Assembly (NCBI GenBank): GCA_964418905.1 | Contig: CAYQNF010000004.1 | Location: 1-33,477 of the forward strand | Direction of reading: 5' to 3' | DNA from: an uncultured archaeon | GTDB lineage: Archaea > Aenigmatarchaeota > Aenigmatarchaeia > CAYQNF01 | Length of the DNA stretch: 33,477 bases | In this document: piece by piece, positions 17,263-24,994 of the stretch | Layout: each line of letters opens with the position of its first letter | Position numbering within the stretch: the stretch's first letter is position 1 | Made by a program: the position numbers and the translations under genes | The notes under the pieces: generated by a model | Databases searched by the model: none | Seen by the model: the letters and a program-made list of their open reading frames with translations, nothing else | What the model was told of the DNA's origin: nothing

Positions 17263-17764
17263 AGGCGCTCTCTTCATGGGAAACACGGTAAAGAAAGAAG
17301 AATTAATGAAGATAGCCGGATGTAATAAAGAAGAACTTCATGAACTAATGAGAGATCTAGAAAGAGATTATTTTGACAGAGCTATTCATATAATTGAGAC
17401 TGAAGACGAGTATAAAATGATGGTCGAGACTGAGATAAATGATAAAGTATCTCACTTGGCCCCACACGCCGATATATCACCGGGTCCTCTAAGGACATTG
17501 GCCATTATAGCATTCAAACAACCTGTAAAGCAAAGTGAAATAGTAAAGGTACAGGGAAATAGAGTTTATGATTATGTTAAAGAGTTAGAAAACAGAGGAC
17601 TAATAAAATCAAGTAAAGAAGGAAGAACGAAGGTTCTAGAAACGTCAGACGAGTTTGAAGACTATTTCGGATTAAGCCCAGAAGAGTTAAAAAGATTAAA
17701 GAAGAAGAAAACGAAGGAAGAAGACGGTGAGGACAATGCCGAAGAGGGAAATGACAAGTCTTGA
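17222..17764 (+). CDS. scpB: SMC-Scp complex subunit ScpB
   Basis: 180 aa. LIEGALFMG..., then TLAIIAFKQPVKQSEIVKVQGNRVYDYVKELENRGLI (second wH domain). It overlaps scpA by 41 nt. Confidence 0.8.
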   Translation: MIMTTKEEKKKLIEGALFMGNTVKKEELMKIAGCNKEELHELMRDLERDYFDRAIHIIETEDEYKMMVETEINDKVSHLAPHADISPGPLRTLAIIAFKQPVKQSEIVKVQGNRVYDYVKELENRGLIKSSKEGRTKVLETSDEFEDYFGLSPEELKRLKKKKTKEEDGEDNAEEGNDKS

Positions 17765-19709
17765 TCTATTCTATTTACTAAAAGAAATAAGACCCGTGCT
17801 TTCCGGAGGAAAAATACAAAAAATATACCAAGACGGAAGAGATTTTAGATTTAGAATAAATACAGGCGAAAACCAGGAAGAATTGTTTATAGGGCAAAAA
17901 AGAATGCATCTATCCAGCTATAAAAGAGAAAGCCCTCAGATGCCGCCATCTTTCTGTCTATTTTTAAGAAAACATCTACAAGGAAGAAGAATCAATGATA
18001 TAAAACAGGTAAACTTCGATAGAGTAGTACAAATAGAGACTGACGATTCTTTTGTCATAATTGAACTTTTCTCAAAAGGTAACGTGATACTAACAGACAA
18101 ACAAAGAAAAATAATAATGCCTCTAGAAGTCCAAAATTGGAAGGATAGAAAGGTTGCTCCAAAGGAGAATTATAAGTTCCCTCCATCGAGCTACGATATA
18201 CCTAAGATGACATTAACCGAATGGCAGAGATACATGCAGAAGGACAGAGAGTTAGTAAAAACCTTAGCATCGTTAGGCCTAGGCGGTACATACGCAGAAG
18301 AAGTTTGTGCTCTTCTAGGAGCAGACAAAAACATGATAGCCGGCGATATGTCGAAAAAACAAATAGAAATAGCGGCAGAGGCCACTAGATCATTATTCAA
18401 TAAGGAAATAAATCCAAGAATAATAATTGATGAAGAAGAAAAAATAGATGTTCTTCCTTTCGAAACTAGAATTTATTCTAGAAATAAAAAGAAAACATTT
18501 GATAGTTTCAATAATGCCGTTGACAACTACTTCACAGAAATGGAAATAGAGAAAAAGGAAGAAGAGGTCGAGAAAAAGGTAGAAAAGGCTGAGAAAAGGG
18601 TAGAAAAGAAATTAGAAAAGCAAAAAGAAGCTATAGACAAATATGAAGATCTGGAAAATGAAGCTAGAAGAAAGGCAAATTTGATAAAAAAACATTACGC
18701 TGACATTTCATTGATAGTAAAAACCATAAACAAGGCAAAAGACATGGGAATGACATGGGAAGAGATCAAATCCAAGGCCAAACAGGAAAGTGATGGCGAA
18801 GCCGGTCTAATAGAGGATATTCAAGAAAATAACGGATTGGTTGTTCTGGATTTAGATGGAACTGAAATTAAGATAGACTTCACTACCTCTATAGAAAATA
18901 ACATAGACAGGATATACAAAAGAGCAAAATTCGCAAAGGAGAAAATGAAAGGTGCTAAAAAGGCCGTTAAGAAAACAAAGAAAGAAGTTGAAAAAGTAGA
19001 GGACCACGTAAAAAAGAAGGTTAAAAAAGAACAGAAAGAAGTCAAAAAGAAACGGAAAAAGAAATGGTATGAAAAATTCAGATGGTTCCACACATCAGAC
19101 GGTTTCTTATGCATAGGCGGAAAAGACGCTGATCAGAATGAGGCCTTGATTAAGAAATATACAGACGATGACGATGTAGTTCTTCACGCTGAAATTCAAG
19201 GAGCTCCGTTCATTGTAATAAAAACTAAAGACAGGGAAGTTAGCCCGGTGGCCATAAGAGAAGCAGGGGACTTTGCAGCTGTTTACTCTTCTGCATGGAA
19301 AAAGGGTTACGGTACAATAGACGTATACTGGATAAGACCCGATCAAGTGTCAAAAGATGCTCCTTCCGGGCAATATCTATCAAAAGGTTCGTTTGTGATA
19401 AAGGGTAAGAAAAATTACCTAAAAGAAAGGGAATTGAAAATATCTTTGGGCGTAAAGTTTGATGAAATAGGGCCTAGAGTAATAGCAGGACCGGTTCAAT
19501 CAATCAATAAAAACGCTAAATACTTCATAACAGTCAGACCGGGATATACATCACAAGGAGAACTATCTAAAAATATAAAGAATAGAATATTAGGAAAATC
19601 CACTCCTGAAGACAGGGGTCAAATAGAACAGGTGAATTCAGAAGAATTCAGGCAATTCTTACCACCAGGAAACTCGGACATAGTAGACGGTCCAAGCGAT
19701 ACCATGTAA
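17727..19709 (+). CDS. NFACT-family ribosome quality control protein (RqcH/Rqc2/FbpA homologue)
   Basis: 660 aa. It has an NFACT-N domain (SLDLFYLLKEI...RFRIN...LHLS), a K/E-rich coiled coil, and an NFACT-R/DUF814 region (WFHTSDGFLCIGGKDADQNE...HAEIQGAPFIV). A more likely start is the ATG at 17736 or 17751. Confidence 0.85.
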   Translation: MRTMPKREMTSLDLFYLLKEIRPVLSGGKIQKIYQDGRDFRFRINTGENQEELFIGQKRMHLSSYKRESPQMPPSFCLFLRKHLQGRRINDIKQVNFDRVVQIETDDSFVIIELFSKGNVILTDKQRKIIMPLEVQNWKDRKVAPKENYKFPPSSYDIPKMTLTEWQRYMQKDRELVKTLASLGLGGTYAEEVCALLGADKNMIAGDMSKKQIEIAAEATRSLFNKEINPRIIIDEEEKIDVLPFETRIYSRNKKKTFDSFNNAVDNYFTEMEIEKKEEEVEKKVEKAEKRVEKKLEKQKEAIDKYEDLENEARRKANLIKKHYADISLIVKTINKAKDMGMTWEEIKSKAKQESDGEAGLIEDIQENNGLVVLDLDGTEIKIDFTTSIENNIDRIYKRAKFAKEKMKGAKKAVKKTKKEVEKVEDHVKKKVKKEQKEVKKKRKKKWYEKFRWFHTSDGFLCIGGKDADQNEALIKKYTDDDDVVLHAEIQGAPFIVIKTKDREVSPVAIREAGDFAAVYSSAWKKGYGTIDVYWIRPDQVSKDAPSGQYLSKGSFVIKGKKNYLKERELKISLGVKFDEIGPRVIAGPVQSINKNAKYFITVRPGYTSQGELSKNIKNRILGKSTPEDRGQIEQVNSEEFRQFLPPGNSDIVDGPSDTM

Positions 19710-20315
19710 CTACTGATTCTCATAAAATAAATTCAAAGCATCGACTACGTTTCTATGGACCTTCTCTATGCTTTTAGTTCCATCTATTGTTATAATGTTA
19801 TTATATTTTTCTGCTAACTTGTCGTAATTGGCTAAAACCTTCTCTAGAGTATCAACTTTCTCATAAAACTCTTTTTCGTTTCTTGAAGCATCCATTCTAC
19901 GTACGCATTCTTCTGCAGGAACTCTAAGATAAAAAACCACGTCTGGTTTCAGAAATCTGGAATTCATATCTTCAATATATTCAATCGGAAGTTCTATACC
20001 ACCGTAAGCCATTGAAGAATACATTGATCTATCGCTGACAACAGTAAATCCCTTCTCTAGCATTGGTTTTACTTCTCTGTCAAGTAAATGCGCTCTATCT
20101 GCTGCAAAAAGTAATTGTTTTCCTTCTTCTGGTATATCCCACTCGTGGGTTAAAAATCCTCTAACTAGTCCTCCTACTATATTATTAGTGGGTTCCTTTG
20201 TAGTATGAACTCTTTGATCTTCGTTTTCCAAGTATTCCTGAAGCAGTTTAACCTGAGTAGTCTGACCGGATCCATCAAGTCCCTCAAATACGAAGTAATC
20301 TCCATGTAACGACAT
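19710..20315 (-). CDS. tmk: Thymidylate (dTMP) kinase
   Basis: 201 aa. It has a P-loop (FVFEGLDGSGQTTQ), a DR motif (VVSDRSMYSSMAYG) and a LID-like region. Confidence 0.88.
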   Translation of the reverse strand: MSLHGDYFVFEGLDGSGQTTQVKLLQEYLENEDQRVHTTKEPTNNIVGGLVRGFLTHEWDIPEEGKQLLFAADRAHLLDREVKPMLEKGFTVVSDRSMYSSMAYGGIELPIEYIEDMNSRFLKPDVVFYLRVPAEECVRRMDASRNEKEFYEKVDTLEKVLANYDKLAEKYNNIITIDGTKSIEKVHRNVVDALNLFYENQ

Positions 20316-20376
20316 AACAATAAATTATAACACTAAGATATATTAGTTTACTTCGTTTATTTTAGAATGTGATATC

Positions 20377-22542
20377 ATGTTAGATAATTATTTTTCCGAT
20401 GATTTAGTAAACAAATGGGGAGAAGAAGCTCCGGAATTAAACCCCCACCAAAAAGAGTCATTAGAAAGAGGGCTTCTAGACGGGAAAAATATGATAGTAT
20501 CGGCCCCCACATCTTCCGGAAAAACCTTGATATCAGAATTCGCTTTCATGAATACTATCCTAAACCAAGGAAAAAAAGCTGTTTATTTAGTACCTTTGAG
20601 ATCTCTAGGATCGGAGAAATACGAAGAATTTAAAGAGAAATACGAAAAGTTGGGAATAAGGGTAGCGCTAAGTATAGGGGATCTTGATTCAAAGGATGGA
20701 TGGCTCGGGGACTACGATCTAATCATAGCAACATCCGAAAAAATGGATTCTCTACTAAGACACGGAGCATCTTGGACAAAAGATCTAGGCCTCGTAGTAG
20801 TAGATGAAATTCATTTACTCGATGATTCCAACAGAGGCCCTACATTAGAAGTTACATTAACTAAATTACTACAAAACTCAGATTCTAGAGTATTAGGCTT
20901 ATCGGCCACAATAAAAAATTCTCAAGAGTTAGCCGACTGGTTAAATGCAGAATGTATAATAAGCGATTATCGCCCTGTTGACCTAAGCGAAGGAATATAT
21001 GACGGCAATGCTATACACTTTGAGGAATTCAAAGAGCCATTACAAAGCGATGGGAACAATGAGAAAGTTCTAATAGAGGATACTCTTAGAAAAGGTAAAC
21101 AAGCTTTATTTTTCGTAAGTTCAAGAAGAAATGCCGAAGCCGCTGCGGAAAGGTTAGGCGAAGCAATACAAAAGAAGATAAAAAAGGGGGAAAAAGAAAA
21201 ATTAAAGGAGGCTTCTGAAAAGGTATTGAATGCGTTAGAAAGTTCGACTAAACAATGCAGAAGGCTAGCTAAATGCGTAAAAAATGGATCCGCTTTTCAT
21301 CATGCAGGATTGCACTACAAACAGAAGAAAATAGTCGAGAATTACTTCAAAGAAGGAAACATTAAGTCAATAGCGGCTACTCCAACACTTGCCGCGGGAG
21401 TAAATTTACCAGCCTATCGTGTTATTATCAGAGACATCAAAAGATATTATGGAGCTAAAGGTATGGATTACATACCTGTCTTGGAATACAAACAAATGGT
21501 CGGCCGGGCAGGAAGAACAAAATACGATAGTGAAGGTCAAGGAATAATAATTTCAAAAAGTCAGGGAGAAGCTAGATCTCTAGCCCAAAGATATATTCTA
21601 GGTGAACCTGAAGAAATATACAGCAAATTATCATTAGAGCCTGTTCTCAGAAGTCATATACTTGCCCTAGTAGATGAAAGAGAGAAAATGAGCCTAGATG
21701 ATATATTAGAATTCTTCTCAGAAACATTTTACGGACATCAATATGGAAACGTGAAAGACATTGAAAAGAAAATAGAAAATGTTCTTAATTACCTTACAGA
21801 AAATAAAATGCTTGTAAAGGTAGGAGAAGAATATCTAACAACCAGAATTGGTTCTAGGGTGTCTCAACTATATCTAGATCCGCAAAGCGCAGTTACGATA
21901 ATGGATGCCATAGAGAATGTAAACTGGTGGACTCCTTTGACTCCATTAATTACTATTTCCTCATGTTTAGAACTAAAACCGGGAGTTAGGCCTAGAAAGA
22001 ATGAAATAGAAGACCTTCAAGCCGATGTTGATTACAGAGAAAGGGAAATACCAGTTCCTATACCTGAAACATGGGAATGGGAATTTGAAGAGTTTCTGAA
22101 GACTTACAAAACCGCTCTTCTATTCGAGGATTGGATAAAAGAAAAATCTCAAGACCAATTACTCAAAAAATACAAAGTACCGCCTGGAGAATTAAGGGTA
22201 AAATTACATCTAGCGGATTGGCTTATCTACTCAATGAAAGAGTTAATAACGCTCTCAGGAAAAAAAGAGATGATAAACCGCGTTCAAAAGATTAGACTTA
22301 GAATGAAATATGGTATCAAAGAGGAATTGTTACCAGTTGTTAAGCTAAAAGGTATAGGAAGGGTAAGATCAAGAAAATTATTCAAAGCTGGCTTTAGAAG
22401 CATAAAAGACATAAGAGAAGCCAATCCAAAAAGATTACAAAAAATAGTAGGAACTAAAACTGCAAATAAGATACTAGAACAGGTATCTGGCAAAAAAGAA
22501 GATCTGAAAGACGAAAAGCAGATGACTCTCAAAAAATACTAA
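20377..22542 (+). CDS. hel308: Ski2-like superfamily 2 DNA helicase Hel308
   Basis: 721 aa. It has motif I (APTSSGKT), DEIH (motif II), SAT, and HHAGL...QMVGRAGR. C-terminal winged-helix, ratchet and HhH (LKGIGRVRSRKL) domains follow. Confidence 0.9.
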   Translation: MLDNYFSDDLVNKWGEEAPELNPHQKESLERGLLDGKNMIVSAPTSSGKTLISEFAFMNTILNQGKKAVYLVPLRSLGSEKYEEFKEKYEKLGIRVALSIGDLDSKDGWLGDYDLIIATSEKMDSLLRHGASWTKDLGLVVVDEIHLLDDSNRGPTLEVTLTKLLQNSDSRVLGLSATIKNSQELADWLNAECIISDYRPVDLSEGIYDGNAIHFEEFKEPLQSDGNNEKVLIEDTLRKGKQALFFVSSRRNAEAAAERLGEAIQKKIKKGEKEKLKEASEKVLNALESSTKQCRRLAKCVKNGSAFHHAGLHYKQKKIVENYFKEGNIKSIAATPTLAAGVNLPAYRVIIRDIKRYYGAKGMDYIPVLEYKQMVGRAGRTKYDSEGQGIIISKSQGEARSLAQRYILGEPEEIYSKLSLEPVLRSHILALVDEREKMSLDDILEFFSETFYGHQYGNVKDIEKKIENVLNYLTENKMLVKVGEEYLTTRIGSRVSQLYLDPQSAVTIMDAIENVNWWTPLTPLITISSCLELKPGVRPRKNEIEDLQADVDYREREIPVPIPETWEWEFEEFLKTYKTALLFEDWIKEKSQDQLLKKYKVPPGELRVKLHLADWLIYSMKELITLSGKKEMINRVQKIRLRMKYGIKEELLPVVKLKGIGRVRSRKLFKAGFRSIKDIREANPKRLQKIVGTKTANKILEQVSGKKEDLKDEKQMTLKKY

Positions 22543-22544
22543 TG

Positions 22545-22562
22545 TTCTGAAAATTTTCAGAA
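22545..22562. promoter_or_regulatory. Perfect 18-bp palindrome TTCTGAAAATTTTCAGAA
   Basis: It lies 2 nt after the hel308 stop and 8 nt upstream of the TATA box TTAAATAT (22571-22578), which sits about 24 nt before the ATG at 22598. It is an operator and/or terminator hairpin candidate. Confidence 0.45.
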
Positions 22563-22597
22563 AAGGCTCTTAAATATTTTTATTGAAAATTATTACT

Positions 22598-22882
22598 ATG
22601 CTACCAGAACACATACCGAATACATATAGCGCAGGCGGAATAGAAATTAATCTATCCGATACACAAGCTGTTTTATTAGACTGTTTAAGAGAGATATCCC
22701 CAAAACCGAAAAGAACTGATCAATTGGCAGCATATAGTAGATTGGATACAAAAACTACCAGAAAAGAACTCTCTAGACTAAAAGAGAAAGGTTATGTTTC
22801 CAGAAAAAGAGGTAAATGGAAAGCTACTGTAAGCGGTATAGTTTATCTTAGAAAATACGAAAAAGTATTAGAAAGTGAATAA
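22598..22882 (+). CDS. Small winged-helix DNA-binding protein (paralogue 1)
   Basis: The track starts at TTG 22583. I prefer the ATG at 22598 because of the TATA spacing, which would make it leaderless. wHTH: RTDQLAAYSRLDTKTTRKELSRLKEKGYVSRKRGKWKATVSGIVYL. Confidence 0.65.
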   Translation: MLPEHIPNTYSAGGIEINLSDTQAVLLDCLREISPKPKRTDQLAAYSRLDTKTTRKELSRLKEKGYVSRKRGKWKATVSGIVYLRKYEKVLESE

Positions 22883-22884
22883 AG

Positions 22885-23160
22885 ATGGTATCTGTTAGAA
22901 GAATATCTAAGATGAGAACTCAGCTAAGAACTCTTGATTTTTTAGAAAATAGACTTGACGGGGATCCCATAAAGCCTGGTAAAGTAGCGGATGTTCTGGA
23001 CATGACGCCCCAAGCCATAGGAAAAATATTCAGGGAGTTAAGAGACTTAGGTTACGTTTCTACGTACGAAGGAAAAAGAAGGTCATATAAAATATCGCCA
23101 TCCGGCATTTTCGAAAAAAGAAGATTAGAAGAGAAAATTAGAAAATATGAAACTAATTAG
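22885..23160 (+). CDS. Small winged-helix DNA-binding protein (paralogue 2)
   Basis: 91 aa. PGKVADVLDMTPQAIGKIFRELRDLGYVSTYEGKRRSYKISPSGIF has the same architecture as the upstream gene, 2 nt away. Confidence 0.65.
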   Translation: MVSVRRISKMRTQLRTLDFLENRLDGDPIKPGKVADVLDMTPQAIGKIFRELRDLGYVSTYEGKRRSYKISPSGIFEKRRLEEKIRKYETN

Positions 23161-23927
23161 ATTTTCTAGCAAAGGTCAGAAATCCTGTATGTGAAAGCAT
23201 ATGATGATCTGGTCTTGTCCAATCAGATATGACCTTCCATGTTCTAACAAGTACTTCTCTTGTTTCAATCTCTCTCCAACCTTCACCAAGATTTTCATGC
23301 ACTTTTTCAGCTTGGTTTATTACAGGACTATAAACAACTAACCACCCTCCGGTTCTCAGGGATTCATGACACTTATCAAGAACATCCTCAGCACCTTTCA
23401 TGTCTAAAGTTATCAAATCTAAATCTTTCTCAGTCATCTTAGAAACTGACTTATTCTTAATTTCTAGATTATCAAGACCAAATTTTTCTGCGTTTTCTCT
23501 TGCTATTTCTGCATGCTTCTCTACCTTTTCATAAGCAGTAACTTTTCCGGGGCTTGCTATGGAAGATATAAACATTGACATAAATCCTGTACCTGCTCCT
23601 GCATCCACACAATTCCACCCAGGTCTGAGTCCAGTTTTAGCCACTATTTCTCCTATATCCTTAGGATGGACAGTGGCCGGTCCTCTTTTGGCCTCATGAG
23701 CAAAGAAATCTGCTATCGTAGGCTTTGCTATATAGAATTCAGTACCTTTATGGGACTTTATCTTATCTCCGTATTTCTTGTCCTTTAGATCATCTACTTC
23801 TATGATTCCTAAATCTGTATTGAGATCTCTATCTACAATATAATAGATATCTCTCGGTCCAATGAATAGTATATGATCTCCCTTTTCATCTGCAAACTCC
23901 TTTAACGCTAAATATCACATCTGACAT
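23153..23927 (-). CDS. trmI: tRNA (adenine57/58-N1)-methyltransferase TrmI (Gcd14 family), with the frame interrupted within the first 13 codons
   Basis: The C-terminal SAM-MTase domain is the tracked ORF 23153..23644 (DAGAGTGFMS...). The same frame stays open to 23914 and encodes a clear TrmI N-terminal domain (EKGDHILFIGPRDIYYIVDR...HKGTEFYIAKPTIADFFAHEAKRGPATVHPKDIGEIV), but has no ATG, GTG or TTG. The only plausible ATG (23927) is in the adjacent frame and stops after 13 codons. Confidence 0.8.
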
Positions 23928-23931
23928 ATGC

Positions 23932-23956
23932 TTTTATTTGATATTAACAAATAAAA
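23932..23956. promoter_or_regulatory. Symmetric divergent promoter: TTTTATTTG-ATATTAA-CAAATAAAA
   Basis: Two 9-bp inverted arms sit in the 32-bp spacer between ATG 23927 (minus strand) and ATG 23960 (plus strand). Each arm reads as a T/A box about 24-28 nt upstream of the start codon on its own strand, implying two leaderless transcripts. Confidence 0.55.
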
Positions 23957-23959
23957 ACT

Positions 23960-24829
23960 ATGATTGGTTTCATTGAAATACAGATTATTATTGCTTTAGT
24001 CGCGCTGGCTTATGCCGGTCTATATGATCTAAAGACTACCGATATACCCGATATTTCGCCATATACTATGGCAATAGCCGGTGTTATCATAAACGGTATT
24101 CATTCCTACGTTACTGGAAATTATTCGTACATACTGTGGTCACTAGGACTAGGACTAGGATTTTTCGGCTTTGGCTTCCTATTATATTATACAAAACAAT
24201 GGGGCGGAGGAGATGCTAAATTATTATCCGGTTTAGGTTTTATTCTACCTACGGCTCCAGTGCAGCTCAATAGTCTTGTTCCGTACCCACTCGTACTCTT
24301 AATGAACATATTTCTTGTCGGTGCAGTATATAGTATATTTTACGCTCTCGTAGCTTCTCTAAGGACTCCAGGATTTGTCTCTACATTAGTGGATGACATA
24401 AAATCAAATAAAGGGAGAATGTCTATATTTTTTGTGATAATAGTATCGGCAATGTTCTTATTTAGCGTATTGATGGCATTTTTCACCAATAAAATACATC
24501 TACTATCCGAAGTCCTATTAATGCAAAGCTTTCTGATACCTGGGATAATATTTCTCTTGATACTATGGAGATTCATAAAAATAGTAGATACTCAAGTTTT
24601 CAAAAAAGAGATCTCAACTAAAGACCTAAAAGAGGGAGACGTTTTAGTTGACGATGTTAAAGTAGGTAAGAAGAAACTAAAAGCCGGTCTAATAGAAGGT
24701 CTAACAAAAGAACAGGTAAAATTAATCAAGAAACACCATAAAAAAATTAGAGTATTGGACGCAATAAGATTTGGTCCAGTATTTTTCCTAGCTCTTGTAG
24801 TCACGCTCTTGGGATTCTCGATCTTCTAA
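23960..24829 (+). CDS. A24-family prepilin/preflagellin aspartic peptidase (PibD/FlaK-like)
   Basis: 289 aa, polytopic. The first Asp motif is YDLKTTDIPD and the second is WGGGDAKLLSGLG (GxGD). It has an extra soluble K-rich insert near the C-terminus. Confidence 0.8.
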   Translation: MIGFIEIQIIIALVALAYAGLYDLKTTDIPDISPYTMAIAGVIINGIHSYVTGNYSYILWSLGLGLGFFGFGFLLYYTKQWGGGDAKLLSGLGFILPTAPVQLNSLVPYPLVLLMNIFLVGAVYSIFYALVASLRTPGFVSTLVDDIKSNKGRMSIFFVIIVSAMFLFSVLMAFFTNKIHLLSEVLLMQSFLIPGIIFLLILWRFIKIVDTQVFKKEISTKDLKEGDVLVDDVKVGKKKLKAGLIEGLTKEQVKLIKKHHKKIRVLDAIRFGPVFFLALVVTLLGFSIF

Positions 24830-24994
24830 TTCCTCATACGCAGTTCTAACAGCGCTTTCAGCTCTTTCTATCCATTCGGGATCAGCATCTCTTCTAAGAT
24901 CTTTTCTAATTCTTGCAGAAGGAGTAAGTCTATCTGGATCTACTTCCAGCTCCTTATAGACGTTTGCTTTATTTTTAGAAATACTATCACTCAA
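24788..24994 (-). CDS. Hypothetical small charged protein
   Basis: 68 aa with a TTG start overlapping the stop of the upstream coiled-coil gene (8 nt). The 3' end overlaps the convergent peptidase gene by 42 nt. No family recognised. Confidence 0.4.
   Translation of the reverse strand: MSDSISKNKANVYKELEVDPDRLTPSARIRKDLRRDADPEWIERAESAVRTAYEELEDRESQERDYKS

Noticed and set aside
18540-19060. Periodic-looking GAA/AAA/AAG-rich DNA (also at 11200-11330 and 16770-16810) as a possible tandem repeat or CRISPR-like array.
   Set aside because: There are no exact direct repeats with unique spacers. The periodicity is codon-level low complexity encoding K/E-rich or D/E-rich protein segments inside continuous ORFs.
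23915-23920. The ATG-TGA in the trmI frame as evidence that TGA is a sense codon (genome-wide recoding).
   Set aside because: Several well-supported genes in the window terminate at TGA at the expected family length, for example aIF2alpha at 1157-1159, ychF at 8566-8568 and dphB at 12036-12038. Global TGA reassignment is therefore unlikely. A local frameshift or indel is the simpler explanation.
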